This document shows positions 58,517-64,000 of a stretch of 64,000 bases of DNA, in pieces. Both the position numbers and the translations under genes were made by a program. Each line of letters opens with the position of its first letter. Position 1 is the first letter of the stretch. The notes beneath the pieces are model-generated. The model was not told where the DNA came from. It saw only the letters and a list, made by a program, of their open reading frames with translations, and did not search any database. The stretch is from positions 8,127 to 72,126 of the forward strand of contig JAZDHZ010000021.1 of the NCBI GenBank assembly GCA_043805415.1, in the 5' to 3' direction. Origin of the DNA: Candidatus Omnitrophota bacterium. GTDB taxonomy: Bacteria; Omnitrophota; Gorgyraeia; B26-G9.

Positions 58517-60274
58517 ATGCGAACAAAAGGACAGGTTGTCGGGATAGTATCAAATCTGATTACTATAGAAGTTGATGGACCGGTTAGTCAGAATGAAATA
58601 TGTTATATCATGCTTGACGAAACCAAATTAAAAGCTGAGGTTATTAAAATAAATGGAAAGAACGCCTTTGCTCAGGTGTTTGAAAGTACCCGCGGCTTAA
58701 AAGTAGGCAGCCTGGTTGAGTTTACTGATCATTTGCTGGAAGTTGAACTCGGACCTGGGCTGTTATCACAAAAATATGACGGTTTGCAAAATGATTTAGA
58801 AGCAATGACCGGAGTTTTTTTAAAACGCGGAGAAATGACCACTCCTTTTTCCTATGAAAAAAAGTGGGAATTTATCGCTTTAGCAAAAAAATCAGACAAA
58901 GTGCAAGCTGGAGACTGGTTGGGAGAAGTTAAGGAAAATTTTATTAGCCATAAGATAATGGTACCGCTAAAGCTCGAAGGGATTTGGCAAATAGATTCTA
59001 TCGCGTCTAAAGGTGAATATACCGTAAAAGATACTATTGTTGTGTTAAGAAATTCTCAGAAAGAAACTGTTGATGTTACCATGACCCAGCGCTGGCCAGT
59101 TAAAGTGCCGATTCGGGCTTATGCCAATAAACCGATCGCGTTTAAAACTTTGCAGACAGGGGTTCGGCTGATTGATACAATCAATCCGATTGTTGAGGGA
59201 GGAACTGGCTTTATTCCCGGACCATTTGGCTGCGGAAAAACAGTTTTACAGCATATTATTGCTGCTAATGCCCAGGTTGATATGGTAATTATCTGTGCTT
59301 GTGGTGAACGGGCTAATGAAGTGGTCGAGATATTTAAAGAATTTCCTGAGCTTGATGATCCGAATACTGGCCGCAAATTAATGGAAAGAACCATTATTAT
59401 TTGCAATACATCCAATATGCCGGTTGCCGCCCGTGAGGCTTCGGTGTACACGGCCATGACCATTGCTGAATATTACAGACAGATGGGAATAAAAATATTG
59501 TTATTAGCTGATTCGACATCACGTTGGGCTCAAGCATTAAGGGAAATGTCAAATCGCATGGAAGAACTTCCTGGCCCAGACGCTTTTCCCATGGACCTTA
59601 CCGCGATAGTAGCAAATTTTTATGCCAGGGCAGGAATGGTGGAATTAAATAATGGCCAGACCGGATCAGTAACTTTTCTTGGCACAGTGAGCCCTGCCGG
59701 AGGAAATATGAAAGAACCTGTGACTGAATCAACTAAGAAGGTGGCAAGATGTTTTTATGCTTTATCCCAGCAGAGAGCGGATAGCAAGCGATATCCTTCA
59801 ATTGATACCATAGAAAGTTATTCTAAATATCTGGAGTATAAAGAAGTGCAGGAATATTTAGAAGAGCACTTTGAACCGCATTGGATTGAGAAAATTGCTT
59901 ATATCAAAGATATATTACTCCGCGGTAAAGAAGCCTATGATCAGATAAATATTTTAGGTGATGATAGCGTGCCGATTGAATATCATCAGCGTTTTTGGAA
60001 ATCAGAATTAGTTGATTTCGGGTTTTTACAGCAAGATGCTTTTGATCCTGTTGATAAAGCTACTTCTTTAGAAAGACAACGTTATATGCTGGATATTATT
60101 TATAATATTTGTGACGCGGAATTCAAATTTGACGGGTTTACAGAAGTGTCGGCTTATTTTAAGAAAATAATTAACATTATAAGGCAGATTAATTTTTCAG
60201 AATTTCAAAAGGAAGAGTTTAAAAATTTTGAAGATGAATTGCAAAGCACTTTAATGGAAAGGAAACTATCATGA
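58517..60274 (+). CDS. V/A-type ATPase catalytic subunit A
   Basis: GPFGCGKTVLQH P-loop, the non-homologous insert region, and 585 aa. Confidence 0.95.
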   Translation: MRTKGQVVGIVSNLITIEVDGPVSQNEICYIMLDETKLKAEVIKINGKNAFAQVFESTRGLKVGSLVEFTDHLLEVELGPGLLSQKYDGLQNDLEAMTGVFLKRGEMTTPFSYEKKWEFIALAKKSDKVQAGDWLGEVKENFISHKIMVPLKLEGIWQIDSIASKGEYTVKDTIVVLRNSQKETVDVTMTQRWPVKVPIRAYANKPIAFKTLQTGVRLIDTINPIVEGGTGFIPGPFGCGKTVLQHIIAANAQVDMVIICACGERANEVVEIFKEFPELDDPNTGRKLMERTIIICNTSNMPVAAREASVYTAMTIAEYYRQMGIKILLLADSTSRWAQALREMSNRMEELPGPDAFPMDLTAIVANFYARAGMVELNNGQTGSVTFLGTVSPAGGNMKEPVTESTKKVARCFYALSQQRADSKRYPSIDTIESYSKYLEYKEVQEYLEEHFEPHWIEKIAYIKDILLRGKEAYDQINILGDDSVPIEYHQRFWKSELVDFGFLQQDAFDPVDKATSLERQRYMLDIIYNICDAEFKFDGFTEVSAYFKKIINIIRQINFSEFQKEEFKNFEDELQSTLMERKLS

Positions 60275-61620
60275 GCCGCCAACCACCAGCATTTAAAACG
60301 GTCTATACCAAGATCGAGCAGATCACCAAAGCGACCTGCTCATTAAAAGCTAATGGTATCGCTAATGAGGAAATGGCAACAATTGATGGCCGCCCGGCTC
60401 AAGTAGTTAAAATTCAAGGTGATTTAGTTACCTTGCAGGTTTTTTCCGGAACGCAAGGTATTGGTACAGATGTGGATGTTATTTTTATGGGAGAGCCGCC
60501 GACATTAAGAGTAGGCGATGATTTATCCGGGAGATTTCTTAATGCCTATGGCCAGCCAATTGATGGCGGCCCTGATCTGGAAGGAAAAAAAACCCCGATT
60601 GGCGGGCCAAGTGTTAATCCAGTGCGTCGGGAACAGCCGTCAGAATTAATCAGTACCGGGATCGCCGGGATTGACTTAAACAATACCCTGGTTACCGGAC
60701 AAAAAATACCTTTTTTTGCTGATCCTGACCAGCCTTATAATCAGGTGATGGCCGATGTTGCCCTGCGGGCTAAAGCTGATAGAATTATCCTTGGCGGTAT
60801 GGGACTTTCCAATGATGATTATCTTTATTACCGCAGAGTTTTTGAAGATGCCGGTGTTTTAGAAAAAATCACTTGTTTTATTAATACCAATGATGATCCT
60901 CCGGTAGAAAGATTATTAGTTCCCGACATGGTGCTAGCCGCGGCTGAATATTTTGCGGTTGAAAAAAAGGAAAAAGTATTGGTTTTACTTACTGATATGA
61001 CATTATTTTGTGACGCATTGAGTATTGTTTCAAACCGAATGGATCAAATTCCCAGTAAGGACAGTATGCCGGGATCGCTGTATAGTGATTTGGCTAAAAT
61101 ATATGAAAAAGCAGTACAATTTAAAGAAGGCTCAATCACGATTATTGCTGTAACTACACTTAGCGGTGGAGATATTACTCATGCTATTCCGGATAATACG
61201 GGTTATATTACAGAAGGCCAGTTATTTTTGCGGCGGAATACCGATATATCTAAAGTTATTATTGATCCGTTTAGAAGTCTTTCCAGACTTAAACAATTAG
61301 TTATTGGTAAAAGAACAAGAGAAGATCATCCTCAGGTTATGAATGCCGGGGTTAGGCTTTATTCTGACGCGGCAAATGCTAAGACAAAAAAAGAAAATGG
61401 TTTTGATCTGACTGATTATGATGAACGGGCATTAAAATTCGCTTATGATTATGCTCAGGAATTATTGGCCATAGATATTAATATTGATGTGGATAAGATG
61501 TTAGATACAGCCTGGAGATTATTTGCTCAATATTTTCAAAAGGATGAAATTGCCATAAAAGAAGAAATAATGAGCAAATACTGGCCGAAAAATATCGAAG
61601 GCGTAAAAAGCAGCGTATAG
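60271..61620 (+). CDS. V/A-type ATPase subunit B
   Basis: 449 aa. Homologous to A/beta but without a P-loop. 4-nt overlap with A. Confidence 0.9.
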   Translation: MSRQPPAFKTVYTKIEQITKATCSLKANGIANEEMATIDGRPAQVVKIQGDLVTLQVFSGTQGIGTDVDVIFMGEPPTLRVGDDLSGRFLNAYGQPIDGGPDLEGKKTPIGGPSVNPVRREQPSELISTGIAGIDLNNTLVTGQKIPFFADPDQPYNQVMADVALRAKADRIILGGMGLSNDDYLYYRRVFEDAGVLEKITCFINTNDDPPVERLLVPDMVLAAAEYFAVEKKEKVLVLLTDMTLFCDALSIVSNRMDQIPSKDSMPGSLYSDLAKIYEKAVQFKEGSITIIAVTTLSGGDITHAIPDNTGYITEGQLFLRRNTDISKVIIDPFRSLSRLKQLVIGKRTREDHPQVMNAGVRLYSDAANAKTKKENGFDLTDYDERALKFAYDYAQELLAIDINIDVDKMLDTAWRLFAQYFQKDEIAIKEEIMSKYWPKNIEGVKSSV

Positions 61621-61763
61621 CGGACAGCGTTTAGCGAATAGAAAAAGCAGGAAAAAGTTATCGAGTTAACGCGTTTACGTGTTTGCGGGTTAAAAAATAA
61701 AATCAGTTAGTTTTTTACGCAATACGCGATACGCACGACGCAATACGAAACAGAGGATCAATC

Positions 61764-62354
61764 GTGGCACAGATACAATATAATAAAACTGCTCTGCTTA
61801 AGATCAATAAAGACTTGTCAATGCGTCAAAACGCATTGCCTGTATTACGCAGCAAAGAATCAGCCTTAAGAGCAGAAACAAGAAAAATCAGAGCTAAGAT
61901 CAAAGGCTTAGAGCTAAGCCTTGAACAGTTGAAAGCAACGCTTGAGCCGATGGAGCGATTATGGGTAGAATTTCCGGATATTGTTAAAATTGAGAAGATT
62001 AACTTTGTGCAGAAAAAAGTAGCGAGTATTGCTGTGTTTAATATTGAGGGAATTGATTTCAACACAGAAGATATAAGTTTTTTTGCTTATCCCTCATGGG
62101 TATCGCAGGGAATAGAAATTATTAAAAACCTTTTATTTTTACAAATGGAATTGATTAACGAAAAAAATATTCTGGATAGTGTTGAATATGCCCGCCGTAA
62201 AACTACCCAGAAAGTCAATCTCTATGAAAAAGTACAGATACCATTTTTCGAGGAATCAATTCGCAGGATTAAACGGTTTTTAGAAGATCAGGATAACCTG
62301 TCTAAATCTTCACAGAAAGTAATTAAAAACCGGATGGAGGCAGCCTTGATATGA
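61764..62354 (+). CDS. V/A-type ATPase subunit D (central stalk)
   Basis: MAQIQYNKTALLKINKDLSMRQNALPVLRSKESAL corresponds to the D-subunit N-terminal helix. 196 aa. Confidence 0.8.
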   Translation: MAQIQYNKTALLKINKDLSMRQNALPVLRSKESALRAETRKIRAKIKGLELSLEQLKATLEPMERLWVEFPDIVKIEKINFVQKKVASIAVFNIEGIDFNTEDISFFAYPSWVSQGIEIIKNLLFLQMELINEKNILDSVEYARRKTTQKVNLYEKVQIPFFEESIRRIKRFLEDQDNLSKSSQKVIKNRMEAALI

Positions 62355-64000
62355 TTGCTCCAATGGAAAAAGTTACAATTCTAATTTTTCATAAGATCAA
62401 GGATGATTTTTTAAGCGCTCTGCAAACGCTGGGACTTTTGCATGTATCGCAGGAGAAAAAAGACGCGGATCAGCATTTAAAGCTGATGCAGTCAGAAATA
62501 ATGCGTTGTGAAGCATTTTTAAAAACAGTTAAAAAAACAAAAGATATCGCGGCTGAGGATGAAATAGCTGCTGAGTTTAAACCTAAACAGGGATTTGAGT
62601 TTGTGGAGCTGTTAGAAATGTTAGACTCGGAGTTAAGCGGCTTAACCGATAATTTAGAAAAGACAGAAAAAGAAATCCGGAATCTTGCTCCTTGGGGAGA
62701 ATTTGACCGCAAAGCAATTGAGCGATTAAATCTTTCCGGGGTGAAGCTGCGTTTTTTTATTAGTCCGCTTAAAAAATTCAGCGAATGTAATATTGATCAG
62801 AGTATTTGTGCGCATGAGATTTCACGGGATAAAACCTATGTTTACTTTGTGGTGTTTGAAAAAGATCAGGAAATAGAGCTTGATTGCGATGAGTTTTTTT
62901 ATCCGGCTGTTGATCTGCAGACCTTGGAGAAAGAAGCGGTATCCCTTAGAAAGCAAATCGCGGAAAAAAACAGATCGCGGTTAACCGCGCTCGCAGCGTA
63001 TAACCAGGTGCAGGATTATTCTAACCAACAGAAGACTCAGCTGAATTATTTATTGGTTAGTAATAGTCTGACTCATGCTGCCCAAGAAAAAGTAATTATT
63101 ATTAATGGTTGGCTGCCGAGACAGCAAAAGCCTGATGTGGAAGAATTTTTAGACGCTCAGGAAGTTTATTTTTATTTTAGCCAACCTGAACTAGGCGAAG
63201 ATGTCCCGGTTTTACTTAAAAATAATTGGTTTAGCAGTTTATTTGAGCCGATAACAAAGATGTTTGCTTTACCTCAATATACGGAGATGGATTTAACTGC
63301 TTTTTTTGCTCCATTTTTCACCTTATTTTTCGGGTTTTGTTTAGGGGACGCGGGTTATGGCTTAATAATTCTTTTATTATGCGCGGGATTTTGGAGAAAA
63401 GTCTCTTTAGAACAGCGCCCGTTTTTAACATTAGGCGCGGTTTTTGGTTTATCAACATTTATATTTGGCCTTATTTCCGGGAATTTGTTTGGAATCGAAC
63501 TAGTAAAAATAGAGTTTATTAGAAAATTAGTTTTACTTAATCAAGATCAGCTGTTTTATCTTTCACTTAAAATCGGGATCGTGCAGATATTTTTCGGCTT
63601 ATTTTTAAAGGCAATCAACAAAACCCGTCAATTTGGTTTTATGTCCAGCTTGTCAACCTGGGGCTGGATGTTAATGCTTACCGGTGTGCTGCCTTTGGTT
63701 TTAGCGTTTTTAGCAAATAGCATAGCCCCGATCTGGGCTGATTATTCTGCTTTAGCTGGGCTTGTTTTGATTTTACTGTTTAATGACCTTAAAGCTAATC
63801 TATTTGTGCGTCTAGGCAAAGGTCTTTGGGAATTATATGGCGGACTTACTGGATTTTTGGGTGATGTTTTAAGTTATGTCCGCTTGTTTGCTTTGGGTAT
63901 TTCCGGAGCAATTTTAGGACTGGTGGTAAATGAGATTGGGATGCAGTTTAGAACCATACCCTATATCGGCTATTTTCTTACTTTTGCTTTTTTAATTGTG
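62351..64000 (+). CDS. V/A-type ATPase subunit I (a-type membrane subunit), 3'-truncated by the window end
   Basis: Open frame of 550 codons from ATG 62351 (ATGA overlap with D) to 64000 with no stop. Soluble N-domain, then TM region with FAPFFTLFFGFCLGDAGYGL and LSYVRLFALGISGAIL. Confidence 0.85.
   Translation, partial: MIAPMEKVTILIFHKIKDDFLSALQTLGLLHVSQEKKDADQHLKLMQSEIMRCEAFLKTVKKTKDIAAEDEIAAEFKPKQGFEFVELLEMLDSELSGLTDNLEKTEKEIRNLAPWGEFDRKAIERLNLSGVKLRFFISPLKKFSECNIDQSICAHEISRDKTYVYFVVFEKDQEIELDCDEFFYPAVDLQTLEKEAVSLRKQIAEKNRSRLTALAAYNQVQDYSNQQKTQLNYLLVSNSLTHAAQEKVIIINGWLPRQQKPDVEEFLDAQEVYFYFSQPELGEDVPVLLKNNWFSSLFEPITKMFALPQYTEMDLTAFFAPFFTLFFGFCLGDAGYGLIILLLCAGFWRKVSLEQRPFLTLGAVFGLSTFIFGLISGNLFGIELVKIEFIRKLVLLNQDQLFYLSLKIGIVQIFFGLFLKAINKTRQFGFMSSLSTWGWMLMLTGVLPLVLAFLANSIAPIWADYSALAGLVLILLFNDLKANLFVRLGKGLWELYGGLTGFLGDVLSYVRLFALGISGAILGLVVNEIGMQFRTIPYIGYFLTFAFLIV

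Noticed and set aside
63337-63522. 61-aa + ORF near the window end
   Set aside because: It lies inside the open subunit-I reading frame (a different frame), and the subunit-I frame shows the diagnostic TM motifs.
1-64000. Searched intergenic regions for tRNA, rRNA, transposase/integrase genes and CRISPR repeats
   Set aside because: No cloverleaf-compatible ~75-nt segments, no IS-like inverted repeats with transposase ORFs, and no repeat-spacer arrays were seen.

Overview
A 64 kb window of low-GC (about 37 %) bacterial DNA. Every credible gene lies on the + strand, and I recognised no tRNA, rRNA, CRISPR array, transposase or integrase. The content, in order along the window, is: (1) the 3' part of a large repeat-rich surface protein with a C-terminal membrane anchor; (2) an F-type ATP synthase operon in an unusual order (epsilon, c, b-delta fusion, alpha, gamma, beta) with no a-subunit gene; (3) a T2SS-like block in the order gspE, gspF, gspG, minor pseudopilins, gspL-like, gspM-like, in which the GspE ATPase carries a C-terminal PilZ domain and is followed by two small paralogs that fuse the N-terminal domain of PilC to PilZ domains, with a secreted HEXXH metallopeptidase embedded in the block; (4) pgk and tpiA separated by an extra GspG-like pseudopilin gene; (5) a T4P-like block (pilB, pilT, a second pilB, pilC, pilM-N fusion, pilO, pilP-like, pilQ secretin); (6) housekeeping genes (polA, glgA, coaE, rho, rpmE-prfA-prmC, murA, rpsP-trmD-rplS, rnhB); (7) two adjacent giant genes under near-consensus promoters, one a YvcK/CofD-like protein with a roughly 450-aa insertion and the other a RelA/SpoT-homolog, both with Sec-type N-terminal signal sequences; (8) a small membrane protein, MTHFS, rny and ymdB; (9) a V/A-type ATPase operon in the Bacteroidetes/Chlamydiae-like order E-x-A-B-D-I, running off the window end. 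The non-coding observations I consider most notable are: a roughly 100-nt structured element with compensatory base changes present in the 5' UTRs of both atpC and rpmE; a second shared motif set upstream of pilT and the V-type D gene; two apparently leaderless genes; and a C-terminal remnant of a gltD-like oxidoreductase gene. The secretin and T2SS pseudopilins imply a diderm cell envelope. I cannot assign a lineage from sequence alone.
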